A DNA stretch of 64,000 bases from Methylophagaceae bacterium (lineage in GTDB: Bacteria; Pseudomonadota; Gammaproteobacteria; Nitrosococcales; Methylophagaceae). The translations under genes were made by a program, and so were the position numbers. Shown in pieces: positions 23,175 through 33,680 of the stretch. The stretch's first letter is position 1; every line of letters starts with the position of its first letter. A model generated the notes under the pieces. It saw nothing but the letters and a program-made list of their open reading frames with translations. It did not search any database and was not told the DNA's origin. Location: contig OZ252593.1 in the NCBI GenBank assembly GCA_965250845.1, positions 1,001,916-1,065,915 on the forward strand. The letters run 5' to 3'.

Positions 23175-23228
23175 AAACGCAAGATCTTAGTTTTTAAGGG
23201 TATGTCTAAATAGTTTTTAAGGAATTAA

Positions 23229-24230
<1,002 letters not shown>

Positions 24231-24240
24231 AGCGCATTCA

Positions 24241-24340
24241 TCTTTTTCTCCAGAACAGCGTTATTATCGAACTTAAATGGCCACATATTTTAATATGCTC
24301 ACATTCTCCGTGCGAAAAAGCCTTGTTCTGAAGAAAAATC
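24241..24340. repeat. Intergenic repeat, second copy of the 22855-22960 family
   Basis: Arms TTTTTCTCCAGAACAGCG / GCCTTGTTCTGAAGAAAAA are inverted; block similarity to the tkt-gap spacer copy. Confidence 0.4.
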
Positions 24341-24363
24341 TAACTACGCAATAATGTAAGAAG

Positions 24364-24394
24364 AAGGCTTCCTCTAATCAGGAAGCCTTTTTTT
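24364..24394 (+). terminator. Rho-independent terminator after gap
   Basis: AAGGCTTCC / GGAAGCCTT 9-bp stem, 8-nt loop, followed by TTTTTT. Confidence 0.7.
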
Positions 24395-24454
24395 GTTTGA
24401 TAGCGCTATAATCTAACTGTAAATAATAAGAAATATCATAAAGGAAATCCCCTC

Positions 24455-25630
24455 ATGTCTGTAATCAAGATGGCTGACCTAGATTTAGCTGGTAAACGAG
24501 TCCTCATTCGCCAAGATTTAAATGTACCTCTTAAAGATGGTGCCGTTGCTGATGACACTCGAATTCGAGCATCATTACCGACGATTAAATTAGCATTAGA
24601 AGCGGGTGCTAAGGTTATGTTGATGTCTCATCTTGGTCGTCCGACGGAAGGTCAATATGCTGAAGAGTTTTCATTGGCACCTGTTGCGCGTCATTTAGCA
24701 GCTTTGTTAGGTAAAGAAGTACGTTTAGAAAAGAACTGGCTTGATGGTGTAAATGTCGGTACTGGCGAAGTTGTTTTATGTGAGAACGTTCGTTTTAATA
24801 CGGGTGAGAAGAAAGATGATGATGCCTTATCACAGCAGATGGCGAAGTTATGTGACATCTATGTGATGGATGCCTTCGGTACTGCACATCGAGCCCAAGC
24901 TTCAACACATGGCGTGGCTAAATATGCACCTGTTGCTTGTGCTGGTCCACTATTATCAGGTGAGCTAGAAGCATTGGGTAAAGCCTTAGATAACCCAGCT
25001 CGCCCAATGGTTGCTATTGTTGGTGGTTCAAAAGTATCAACTAAACTAACTGTTTTGGAATCATTATCAAAAATAGTTGACCAACTTATTGTGGGTGGTG
25101 GTATTGCCAATACCTTTATTGCAGCAGCAGGTCATAATGTGGGTAAATCGCTATATGAAGCTGATTTAATTGATACCTGTAAAAAGTTAACAGCTTCTGC
25201 TGAAATAGAAGGTCGTTCTATTCCTGTACCAAGTGATGTTGTGTGTGCAAAAGAATTTGCTGAAACTGCAGATGCAACGTTGATGGCAACAGCAGATGTT
25301 CAAGATGATGACATGATCTTTGATATTGGTCCGAATTCAGCAGCAGAACTTGCAGAAATTATTAAAAATGCCGGCACTATCGTTTGGAATGGCCCTGTTG
25401 GCGTATTTGAATTTGACCAGTTTGGAGAAGGCACAAAAGCGATTGCAATGGCGATTGCAGAATCGAAAGCTTTCTCAATCGCTGGTGGTGGTGACACCTT
25501 AGCAGCGGTAGCAAAATATAATATCAGTGACGATGTATCGTACATCTCAACAGGTGGTGGTGCTTTCCTTGAGTTCCTTGAAGGAAAAGAATTGCCAGCA
25601 GTTGCAATGCTCGAATCACGCGCAAACTAG
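24455..25630 (+). CDS. pgk: Phosphoglycerate kinase
   Basis: 391 aa; RQDLNVP, SHLGRP and GGGDT blocks. Confidence 0.95.
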   Translation: MSVIKMADLDLAGKRVLIRQDLNVPLKDGAVADDTRIRASLPTIKLALEAGAKVMLMSHLGRPTEGQYAEEFSLAPVARHLAALLGKEVRLEKNWLDGVNVGTGEVVLCENVRFNTGEKKDDDALSQQMAKLCDIYVMDAFGTAHRAQASTHGVAKYAPVACAGPLLSGELEALGKALDNPARPMVAIVGGSKVSTKLTVLESLSKIVDQLIVGGGIANTFIAAAGHNVGKSLYEADLIDTCKKLTASAEIEGRSIPVPSDVVCAKEFAETADATLMATADVQDDDMIFDIGPNSAAELAEIIKNAGTIVWNGPVGVFEFDQFGEGTKAIAMAIAESKAFSIAGGGDTLAAVAKYNISDDVSYISTGGGAFLEFLEGKELPAVAMLESRAN

Positions 25631-25649
25631 ACTATAGGATTTAAAATAA

Positions 25650-27095
25650 GTGGCAGTAAAAAGAAGAACCAAGATTGTTGCAACCTTAGGGCCTGCAAGT
25701 AATACAGCTGAAGCATTAGATGCTTTAATTGAGGCAGGTGTTGATGTTGTTCGTCTTAATTTTTCGCATGGCGACGCCCAAGAACATCTTGAGCTTGCAG
25801 AAACAGTACGAAATAGAGCGCGAGCATATGGGCGTCAAGTAGGTGTTTTGGCTGATATGCAAGGCCCTAAGATTCGTATTGCACGGTTTAGTACCGGTAA
25901 AGTTTTTCTTGAAGAAGGTGCTCAGTTTGTTTTAGATGCAGATCTTGATTCAGATGTAGGTAATTTTGAACAAGTAGGCATTGATTACAAGACATTGCCA
26001 CAAGATGTAAAACGTGGGGATACACTTCTACTTGATGATGGTCGCGTGGTTTTATGGATTGAGCAAGTTGAAGGTCAACGAATTATCTGTAAAGTTGTTA
26101 TTGGTGGTGAATTATCAAATAACAAAGGTATTAACCGCCAAGGTGGTGGATTGTCAGCAGACGCCTTAACGGAAAAAGATAAAGCAGACATTATTATTGC
26201 TGCCAAAATGCAAGCTGACTATGTTGCAATCTCATTTCCTCGCTCAGCAGAAGATATTCATACGGCACGAAAACTATTACGTGATGCGGGTGGACACGGT
26301 GGCATTATTGCCAAGATTGAACGTGCTGAAGCCTTAGATGTTATTGATGAGATTATTGAAGCATCTGATGCTGTTATGGTTGCACGTGGTGATTTGGGCG
26401 TTGAAGTGGGTGATGCTGCCTTGCCACCTATTCAGAAAGATATTATTAATCGTGCCCGTCGACATAATAAGGTGGTAATTACGGCTACTCAAATGATGGA
26501 ATCGATGATAACCAATGCGATTCCAACACGAGCAGAAGTATTTGATGTGGCTAATGCGGTATTAGATGGTACTGATGCCGTGATGTTATCAGGCGAAACG
26601 GCTGTTGGTAAACACCCTGTTAAAGTAATTGAAGCGGTAGACCGTATTTGCCTTGAAGCAGAGCAACAACGTGAAATTAGGGTGTCACGTCATCGTATGG
26701 ATTCACATTTTGAACGGATGGATGAAGCGATTGCAATGGGTGCCATGTATATGGCGAATCACCTTGATGTAAAAGCCATTGCCGCTTTGACTGAGTCAGG
26801 TACAACACCGCTATGGATGTCTCGAATTAGTTCGGGGATCCCAATTTTTGCTTTAACACCACATGTCGAAACACGACGGAAAGTAACCTTGTACCGAGGT
26901 GTGTATCCAGTAAGTTTCACCGTTGATCATGATGATCATGCTTCACTCAATAAAGAAGCGATTGATGAACTAAAACGTCGAGGTGTAGTGCGAGATGGTG
27001 ATTTGGTAATTATTACAAAAGGTGATCTTGAGGTTCAAGGTAGTACCAATGCACTGAAATTAGTGCGAGTTGGTGATATGGTGGAACCTAAATAA
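25650..27095 (+). CDS. pyk: Pyruvate kinase
   Basis: 481 aa; KIVATLGPAS, MVARGDLGVE blocks; GTG start. Confidence 0.9.
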   Translation: MAVKRRTKIVATLGPASNTAEALDALIEAGVDVVRLNFSHGDAQEHLELAETVRNRARAYGRQVGVLADMQGPKIRIARFSTGKVFLEEGAQFVLDADLDSDVGNFEQVGIDYKTLPQDVKRGDTLLLDDGRVVLWIEQVEGQRIICKVVIGGELSNNKGINRQGGGLSADALTEKDKADIIIAAKMQADYVAISFPRSAEDIHTARKLLRDAGGHGGIIAKIERAEALDVIDEIIEASDAVMVARGDLGVEVGDAALPPIQKDIINRARRHNKVVITATQMMESMITNAIPTRAEVFDVANAVLDGTDAVMLSGETAVGKHPVKVIEAVDRICLEAEQQREIRVSRHRMDSHFERMDEAIAMGAMYMANHLDVKAIAALTESGTTPLWMSRISSGIPIFALTPHVETRRKVTLYRGVYPVSFTVDHDDHASLNKEAIDELKRRGVVRDGDLVIITKGDLEVQGSTNALKLVRVGDMVEPK

Positions 27096-27113
27096 TACTA
27101 GGGAGAATGGTTT

Positions 27114-28163
27114 ATGGCTTTAGTTTCAATGCGACAACTTTTAGATTATGCAGCAGAACATAGTTTTGCTATTCCAGCATTTAATATCAGCAATATGGAG
27201 CAAGTTCACGCCATTATGCAGGCAGCCGATGCAGCAGATAGCCCTGTAATAATGCAAGGCTCAGCGGGTGCACGAAAATATGCGGGTGAACCTTTTTTAC
27301 GTCATTTAATTTTGGCAGCTATTGAAGAATATCCTCACATTCCTGTTGTTATGCATCAAGATCATGGTTCTGCCCCGCATGTGTGTGCACGATCTATTCA
27401 ATCTGGTTTTAGTTCAGTGATGATGGATGGTTCTTTACTAGAAGACATGCAAACGCCATCATCATTTGAATATAATGTTCGAGTTACTCGTCAAGTAGTT
27501 GATATGGCACATGCTTGTGGCGTATCAGTTGAAGGTGAAATTGGCTGTTTAGGCTCACTAGAAACAGGCATGATGGGTGAAGAAGATGGACATGGTTCAT
27601 TAGAAAAGCTAGATCAGAGTCAATTATTGACCGATCCTGATGAAGCTGTTGAATTTGTGAAGCAAACTCAGGTTGATGCTTTAGCTGTAGCAATTGGAAC
27701 GAGTCATGGTGCTTATAAGTTTTCTAAACCACCCACCGGTGAAGTGTTAGCAATAAGCCATTTAAAAACATTACAACAACGCCTACCTAATACCCACTTT
27801 GTCATGCACGGCTCAAGCTCAGTACCGCAAGATTGGTTAAAAATCATTAACGATCATGGTGGTGATATCGCTCAAACTTATGGTGTGCCAGTAGAAGAAA
27901 TAGTAGAAGGTATTAAATACGGTGTACGTAAAGTCAATATTGATACCGACTTACGCATGGCATCAACAGGTTCTATTCGCCGATATTTAGCACAAGAAGA
28001 GAATGCATCAAACTTTGACCCTCGAAAGTTTTATAAAGTCGCATTAGAAGCCATGAGCACAATTTGCCAAGCACGTTATGAAGCTTTTGGTAGTGCAGGT
28101 CATGCAAGTAAGATTAAAGTCGTTCCTTTAGACCAAATGGTTTGTCGTTATACCTCTGGGTAA
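27114..28163 (+). CDS. fba: Fructose-bisphosphate aldolase, class II
   Basis: 349 aa; [29 protein letters not shown] blocks; last gene of the tkt-gap-pgk-pyk-fba cluster. Confidence 0.9.
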   Translation: MALVSMRQLLDYAAEHSFAIPAFNISNMEQVHAIMQAADAADSPVIMQGSAGARKYAGEPFLRHLILAAIEEYPHIPVVMHQDHGSAPHVCARSIQSGFSSVMMDGSLLEDMQTPSSFEYNVRVTRQVVDMAHACGVSVEGEIGCLGSLETGMMGEEDGHGSLEKLDQSQLLTDPDEAVEFVKQTQVDALAVAIGTSHGAYKFSKPPTGEVLAISHLKTLQQRLPNTHFVMHGSSSVPQDWLKIINDHGGDIAQTYGVPVEEIVEGIKYGVRKVNIDTDLRMASTGSIRRYLAQEENASNFDPRKFYKVALEAMSTICQARYEAFGSAGHASKIKVVPLDQMVCRYTSG

Positions 28164-28259
28164 TATTTCCCTGTTTGGGCTTGGTTATCGACTTACTAGG
28201 AAATTTTGTCCGTATATGTATAGGAATTACAGGGAAACATTGTTCCTGTTAATAACAAG

Positions 28260-28466
28260 TTATGTTTTTATCTTTAGCAGTTCAATTCTTAATTTAGTTT
28301 CTTCTATTTTTAGCTTCTGTAGTTCAATTTCCTGCTCTGATTTGTGAAACTGAAAGAATGAATCATATCCTTGTAAAAATACCCAGGAATCACATGCAAT
28401 AAATACTGCTGCAAACATCCAAAAACCAAACCACATCATCCCATTATCCTTATTTTGTGTTTTCAT
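28260..28466 (-). CDS. Small membrane/coiled-coil protein (68 aa), unknown
   Basis: One TM helix then a heptad-like ELQKLKIEETKLRIELLKIK tail; sits before the first attC. Confidence 0.4.
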   Translation of the reverse strand: MKTQNKDNGMMWFGFWMFAAVFIACDSWVFLQGYDSFFQFHKSEQEIELQKLKIEETKLRIELLKIKT

Positions 28467-28489
28467 AAAATCCTCGCTGTGTATCGAAA

Positions 28490-28618
28490 CATAACAAAAA
28501 AATCAACAGCGACCACAAATAAGCGTCGTGTTTTTGAAAGTTCTGTTTTTTATTAAAATTAATGCCACTTGGATAAATTACTTTTTATCATTTGTGGCCC
28601 GTTATTTTGGCGTTAGAG
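28490..28618 (+). other. attC recombination site 1
   Basis: 5' arm ATAACAAAAAAATCAACAGCGACCACAAAT. Reverse complement of 3' arm TAACGCCAAAATAACGGGCCACAAAT, with unpaired bases. Ends GTTAGAG at 28612-28618. Confidence 0.7.
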
Positions 28619-28625
28619 AGTATTT

Positions 28626-28901
28626 ATGGGAACAGTAGTTGCGTTATTGGCCTTTGTTATATGTTGGTGTTATCCTGCATGGAAGGTTTTAACGTCAAAA
28701 AAAACTCCAATATTGAAAAAACTACCATGGTTAGCAGGCTTTGTAGTTTGTCTCATAACTCCAGCTTTAATTACATCTGTAGGTTCAGATGGACTGATCC
28801 ATGATGTAAATAAGTTTTTTATCGAAACCGTTGTCAGTCTTATAGTAGTTTTACTTATTCCTTCAATTATTCGTTTGCTTTATGAAAAAGTTAACTCTTA
28901 G
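28626..28901 (+). CDS. Small integral membrane protein (91 aa, about 3 TM), unknown
   Basis: Starts 8 nt after attC1 and is followed by attC2. Confidence 0.5.
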   Translation: MGTVVALLAFVICWCYPAWKVLTSKKTPILKKLPWLAGFVVCLITPALITSVGSDGLIHDVNKFFIETVVSLIVVLLIPSIIRLLYEKVNS

Positions 28902-28940
28902 AAAAATGATTAGAATCATCTTGAAAGTGTGGGGGAAACC

Positions 28941-29035
28941 TCTAACAAAAAGGTCAAATTCACTCCAGCCACAAAAAGCGTGGCTTCCGTTGGGACTGTC
29001 GCTATCGCGCCAGCCCCTTACCTAGATCGTTATGT
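28941..29035 (+). other. attC recombination site 2 (Vibrio-repeat-like 3' arm)
   Basis: TCTAACAAAAAGGTCAA ... GGGACTGTCGC/GCGCCAGCCCC ... TTACCTAGATCGTTATGT. The 23-nt CCAGCCCCTTACCTAGATCGTTA recurs at 34569-34591. Confidence 0.7.
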
Positions 29036-29109
29036 CCCCAAAGTTCAAACATCGTAGTTTATCTAATAACAAGCTGGTAGTGCCTAGTAGCCCCTGATAA
29101 AGTAATTAT

Positions 29110-29994
29110 GTGAGGAAGAAAGTGGATATCCCAGACATAAAATTTAATTACTCAACTATTGACTCAGAGGGGATTGAGATAATAGAACTTGATGAACTCT
29201 ATTATCGTAGGTCAAATATGGAACATGATCCTAATAAACCGCATCGAGTGAATTTTCACGTGCTGTTATATATTGAACAAGGAAAAGGTACACATTTTAT
29301 TGATTTCAACCACTACCCTTTCACAAAAGGTAGTTTTCTTTTTATCAATGAAAATCAAATTCATGCATTTTCATTAAATAATAAAATACAAGGGAAGGTG
29401 GTTCTCTTCACTAAAGAATATATTGAGAAAATTCAAACAAACATGAATGTGTCGGTGTTTTCACCTAGCCATTTGAATATCTCCTATTGCCCTGTTTTCA
29501 CACCTAGCCCACAATCAACGATCAGTTGTATATCGCTACTTTCTGAAATAGAAAAAGAAATGAAATATGAAGATAAAAACAGTTTGATAATCATGCTTTT
29601 ATTTTCTTCATTGTTCATTATGTTAGAGCGTGAAAGACCCAGCACTTATACAAGTAAGTTAAGTAAATCTCAAATAAAGAAATTTAACCATTTTACTACA
29701 TTACTCAATAAAAAATATACTGAGGAAAGACATGCTTCATATTATTCAGAAGAAGTATATATCACATATAAAACCTTAAATAATCTATGCAAACTGGCTA
29801 CTAACCACACTGTAAAACAGTTAATTGATGCTCATACAATAATCGAAGCAAAACGTCGTTTAATTCTGGAAAGAAAGCAAGTGCAGGAAATTGCAACTGA
29901 TCTTGGCTTTGAGGAAGCTAGCAACTTCGTTAAATATTTCAAAAAACATACTTTGCTCACCCCATTACAGTTCAAAAAACAAGCTGAATGTTAG
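29110..29994 (+). CDS. AraC/XylS-family transcriptional regulator
   Basis: N-terminal cupin-like half and C-terminal double HTH (IATDLGFEEASNFVKYFKKHT); GTG start. Confidence 0.8.
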   Translation: MRKKVDIPDIKFNYSTIDSEGIEIIELDELYYRRSNMEHDPNKPHRVNFHVLLYIEQGKGTHFIDFNHYPFTKGSFLFINENQIHAFSLNNKIQGKVVLFTKEYIEKIQTNMNVSVFSPSHLNISYCPVFTPSPQSTISCISLLSEIEKEMKYEDKNSLIIMLLFSSLFIMLERERPSTYTSKLSKSQIKKFNHFTTLLNKKYTEERHASYYSEEVYITYKTLNNLCKLATNHTVKQLIDAHTIIEAKRRLILERKQVQEIATDLGFEEASNFVKYFKKHTLLTPLQFKKQAEC

Positions 29995-30084
29995 AAATTT
30001 ACCATTTTTAAGATGAGACTGACCTTATGGAAACACCTTATTTCTTATAAACTTGAGTTCCTTAAATAAATAAAGAGAGTCAAA

Positions 30085-30939
30085 ATGAAAGCAATCATTT
30101 CAGTCACTACATTTATGATAGGCATAGTCTTTTTTTCTAATCTTTTTGCACAGGAACATAAAATGAATATATCTAATAAAGAAAAAGCCATTGCTTTACT
30201 AAATAGTATACAGACAGGTGATCAAACAGGCGTAAGTTATATTAATGCTGGCGAATACACTCAGCATGATTTATCTATTGGTGATGGTTTAGCTGGTTTT
30301 GGAGCGGTGCTTCAAGCATTACCTAAAGGCAGTGCCAAAGTTAATGTAGTACGGAGCTTTGAAGAGGGTGATTATGTCTTTACTCATACAGACTATAATT
30401 TCTTTGGGCCTAAAGTAGGTTTTGATATATTTCGATTCAAAGATGGTTTGATTGTCGAGCATTGGGATAATCTTGATGTAAAAGCGGACAAACCAAACCC
30501 AAGTGGTCGCACTCAACTTGATGGTACAACAACAATTACTGATATTGACAAAACAGAAGAAAACAAAGCATTAGTAAAGAGTTTCGTTGAAACTATCTTG
30601 ATGAAAGGTGAAATGGATAAAATTGCTAATTTCTTTGATGGTGATAATTATATCCAACATAATACAGCAATTGCAGATGGTTTATCTGGTTTGGGTCAAG
30701 CACTAGAAGCAATGGCGAAGCAAGGAATAAAAATGGTCTACACAAAAAACTATAAAGTATTAGGTGAAGGAAACTTTGTACTTAGTATTAGTGGCGGGCA
30801 GTTTGCTGGTAAAGATACCTCATTTTATGATTTGTTTAGAGTTGAAAACGGTAAAATTGCTGAGCACTGGGATATTGTTGAGCCAATAATTTCAAAAGAC
30901 CAATGGAAAAATAATAACGGAAAATTTGGTAATCTATGA
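30085..30939 (+). CDS. Secreted protein with two SnoaL/NTF2-like repeats
   Basis: Signal peptide; internal duplication (…YTQHDLSIGDGLAGFG…EHWDNL / …YIQHNTAIADGLSGLG…EHWDIV). Confidence 0.7.
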   Translation: MKAIISVTTFMIGIVFFSNLFAQEHKMNISNKEKAIALLNSIQTGDQTGVSYINAGEYTQHDLSIGDGLAGFGAVLQALPKGSAKVNVVRSFEEGDYVFTHTDYNFFGPKVGFDIFRFKDGLIVEHWDNLDVKADKPNPSGRTQLDGTTTITDIDKTEENKALVKSFVETILMKGEMDKIANFFDGDNYIQHNTAIADGLSGLGQALEAMAKQGIKMVYTKNYKVLGEGNFVLSISGGQFAGKDTSFYDLFRVENGKIAEHWDIVEPIISKDQWKNNNGKFGNL

Positions 30940-30945
30940 TAAACA

Positions 30946-31061
30946 CATAACAAGTTGCTCAACTTTGACAGCTAACTCAGCCCGCCTTTTGTGTATTCGC
31001 TATCGCTCATTATCACACAAAAGGCGGGCTGAGTTAGCTGCAAGTTAGCAAGGCGTTATGT
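30946..31061 (+). other. attC recombination site 3
   Basis: CATAACAAGTTGCTCAACTTTGACAGCTAACTCAGCCCGCCTTTTGTGT ... ACACAAAAGGCGGGCTGAGTTAGCTGCAAGTTAGCAAGGCGTTATGT. Long near-perfect arms with three unpaired bases. Confidence 0.8.
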
Positions 31062-31070
31062 GAAAAATAA

Positions 31071-31733
31071 ATGGATATAGAAATCATCAGAAAAAATAGA
31101 AATGTTATCAAATTAGCAATTTGGATTAAGGAAAATACGCATGCACTAAGAGTATTTGCAGGTGTTTTCTTTGTTTTAGCCTTATTAACAGGAGTTGTAT
31201 GGATTGCTGGAAATGATGTAGAACCTATAGCATATGTGTTAGGTCTTATTAGTTCTCTGTTCTTCGCTAGCCCATCAGTAGCAGAGTATATTCTCCCAAA
31301 TAGAAAGCCTGTAAGGCACATGGATTACGATGAAATTCTAAGTTTTATTAAAACAACGAATGCTAAAGAGGATTGGAAATTTATAAAAACTGATTGGGCT
31401 GAAGAAGCCTTTCTTAAAGAAGACCCGCGCTTGCGAATTAGAGTTAGGTGGGATGATGAGGGAATCCATGTTAAAGGTTTTATTGAGTCATGGGCAAATC
31501 GATTCCCAGACCCAACTGCCCATAGTTATTGGTATGGTTTATCATATGATGGTGCCCTGATTGAAAGGTTTATACTCGTATCAGTTGATGGTGGTCGGGC
31601 AGAATTACCGCTTCCAAATGCTGGGACTCTGATGGTTAAGCCTCTTATTTTTAAAGTTTCCCAAATATTTGATGAGCTAAACACACTTGATTCATATATG
31701 AATCGAACTGGTCTCAGTGTTGAAGACACATAA
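31071..31733 (+). CDS. Orphan protein, N-terminal 2 TM helices plus ~140-aa soluble domain
   Basis: Starts 10 nt after attC3; its TAA stop lies inside the ATAAC box of attC4. No motif recognised. Confidence 0.6.
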   Translation: MDIEIIRKNRNVIKLAIWIKENTHALRVFAGVFFVLALLTGVVWIAGNDVEPIAYVLGLISSLFFASPSVAEYILPNRKPVRHMDYDEILSFIKTTNAKEDWKFIKTDWAEEAFLKEDPRLRIRVRWDDEGIHVKGFIESWANRFPDPTAHSYWYGLSYDGALIERFILVSVDGGRAELPLPNAGTLMVKPLIFKVSQIFDELNTLDSYMNRTGLSVEDT

Positions 31734-31826
31734 CAATCAAATCCACTTGACCGTAAAAAACGTCACAAATTTTTGCTGTCGCAAAATTTGTGCCCCTTTT
31801 TACGTCAAGTGATTTGGGCGTTACAT
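31729..31826 (+). other. attC recombination site 4
   Basis: CATAACAATCAAATCCACTTGACCGTAAAAAACG ... CCCCTTTTTACGTCAAGTGATTTGGGCGTTACAT. Arms complementary apart from two bulged C residues. Confidence 0.8.
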
Positions 31827-31844
31827 GCCTAGAATCGGAGCAAT

Positions 31845-32435
31845 ATGAAAGATTTGGTTGCGCAATTAGTGCAAGAAAAAAAAGAAGGAGAATGGTGGGA
31901 CTTTAAGTTAAAACACCATACCAATCTTGCTGATCTACTGCATGATATTCTTTGTATGGCTAATATCCTATATAAAGGCGATAGATATATTGTTTTTGGT
32001 GTTAATGATGACTATGAGATGGTCGGAATTAATAAAAGTGATAAAAGAAATACCCAAGCAGATATTTTGGACTTTTTGAGAAAGAAGAGTTTCGCAAATT
32101 ACAACATACCAAGTATTGAATTAAGCATACATGCTTTTGATAATATAGAAATTGATCTGCTAACAATAAAAGATTCAAAGGATAAGCCGTATTTTTTAAC
32201 CAAAGATGAAAGCAAGGGTAAGTCTACAGTTAGATCTGGTGTTATTTACTCTAGGTTAGGTGACTCCAACACCCCCAAAGATGGTTGTGCAAACCCGTAT
32301 GAAATTGAGGCTATGTGGCGAGAAAGATTTGGGCTAAATGATAAGGCTTCAGATCGTTTTATAAAGGTTTTGTTAGATTTCAATAATTGGCAATATGATG
32401 GTATTGGTATATCAAGGGGTCAGATCCTGTCTTGA
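31845..32435 (+). CDS. AlbA_2 / Schlafen-like putative DNA-binding domain protein (possibly 3'-altered by the IS110 insertion)
   Basis: EWWDFK...ILCMANILYKGDRYIVFGVNDD...GI...KPYFL...VIYSRLGDSN pattern typical of AlbA_2 domains. The ORF ends about 10 nt before the IS110-family element. Confidence 0.6.
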   Translation: MKDLVAQLVQEKKEGEWWDFKLKHHTNLADLLHDILCMANILYKGDRYIVFGVNDDYEMVGINKSDKRNTQADILDFLRKKSFANYNIPSIELSIHAFDNIEIDLLTIKDSKDKPYFLTKDESKGKSTVRSGVIYSRLGDSNTPKDGCANPYEIEAMWRERFGLNDKASDRFIKVLLDFNNWQYDGIGISRGQILS

Positions 32436-32454
32436 AAAGCAAGCTTAATCTGCT

Positions 32455-33420
32455 TTAATGTTGATAATTCACATCAAACGGTTTACCTGATTTCAATACA
32501 CCATAAGCTAATACTAAGAGCTTTCGCATGACAGCTACTAACGCTACTTTTTTCGGTTTCCCTTTCGCTAGCAGCTTAGTATAAAAAGCCATCATTCTGG
32601 GGTTGAATCTTACCGCAACCAGCGCTGGCATATAAAGTGATTTTCGTAGCCTAGCATTACCCATTTTAGATAATCGTGTTCGGTTAACGCTGCTGCCAGA
32701 TTGTTCTATTCTCGGATTAAGACCCGCATAACTACTCATTTGTTTTGCATTTTCAAATAAGGAAACGTCACCGATATAAGCTAATATTGACCATGCGGTT
32801 TTGTCACCTAAACCGATAATACTCGTTAGTAAGTGAACCTGCGTATTGAGTGAGTCATTTTGCTTAACAATTTTGGCAATTTCCTTTTTTATGTTGCTCA
32901 GTTGCTTATCAATAAAAGTGAGCATAGCTTTAATTGACCGGGCAGCTGCTTTATCTAAACTAACATCAAACCGATTATTTTCTTGTGACCGCACTTTGTT
33001 CAGTTGGTCTAGTCGTGTAACCAGAAACTGAAGTCGTTCAAAGTCAGCTTCCTTTGGCGTGTAAAGGCTTTTATTTGCTCTTCCTTGCCTATCTAAATGC
33101 TGACAATATCGAGCAATGCTCATCGCATCTGCTTTGTCTGTTTTATTACGCGTCATTTCCATTTTAGCAAAAGCATGCGTTTGAATAGGGTTGGCAACAA
33201 TCACTTTCTGCTGGTGACTGACTAAATACTTTGCCAATGCCAGTCCGTAAATTCCCGTTGCTTCCATACAAAAAAGAGCGGGCGTGTTAAATGGTTTTAC
33301 CCATGCTAGGCAAGCTTTAAATCCAGCAAGATCATTGTCAAAATGACGATGATGGTAGTGCCCTTCATTCAAAATAGCCACATCAAAACTCAATTTAGAA
33401 ATATCCATTCCAATATACAT
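32455..33420 (-). CDS. IS110-family (DEDD/RuvC-like plus Tnp domain) transposase
   Basis: MYIGMDISKLSFDVA...CMEATGIYG N-terminal DEDD blocks and C-terminal GIG...YAGL.P...SG block; 321 aa. Confidence 0.9.
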   Translation of the reverse strand: MYIGMDISKLSFDVAILNEGHYHHRHFDNDLAGFKACLAWVKPFNTPALFCMEATGIYGLALAKYLVSHQQKVIVANPIQTHAFAKMEMTRNKTDKADAMSIARYCQHLDRQGRANKSLYTPKEADFERLQFLVTRLDQLNKVRSQENNRFDVSLDKAAARSIKAMLTFIDKQLSNIKKEIAKIVKQNDSLNTQVHLLTSIIGLGDKTAWSILAYIGDVSLFENAKQMSSYAGLNPRIEQSGSSVNRTRLSKMGNARLRKSLYMPALVAVRFNPRMMAFYTKLLAKGKPKKVALVAVMRKLLVLAYGVLKSGKPFDVNYQH

Positions 33421-33680
33421 TTTCTACTCCTAATATTTTAAGGTAAAATGAAGAGGATTGGATGATTTAACGCGGATGCATTCTTGTCGTTATACGTGCT
33501 ACGGATTGTCCCCGTGCACAAGATCCTGTTCGCATTTTTGGGCGTTAAAATAAGGGGTAGGCACTAATCTGACCCACAGAACTTGTTGGTTCTAAGCCTA
33601 CTTTCAGTGTCTCTACCCCTTTATCCAATCTTCATTGAATAGTGTAAATCATAGCGATTGATTTGCACGGGACTTAAGAT
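33421..33680 (-). ncRNA. Candidate bridge (guide) RNA in the IS110 left non-coding end
   Basis: Nested inverted repeats (AAGGGGTAG 33552-33560 / CTACCCCTT 33613-33621; GTCCCCGTGCA 33508-33518 / TGCACGGGAC 33664-33673). The 9-mer AGATCCTGT (33521-33529) is repeated in the flank at 32422-32430. Confidence 0.4.

Noticed and set aside
28251-28264. ATAACAAGTTAT palindrome right after fba as a minimal attC or attI
   Set aside because: It is too short to judge, has no flanking complementary arms, and overlaps the stop of the 28260-28466 ORF. Noted only as a possible array boundary.
28592-28804. Alternate-frame 70-aa ORF overlapping the 28626-28901 cassette ORF
   Set aside because: It starts inside the attC1 3' arm. 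The 28626 frame gives a coherent 3-TM protein placed correctly between attC sites.
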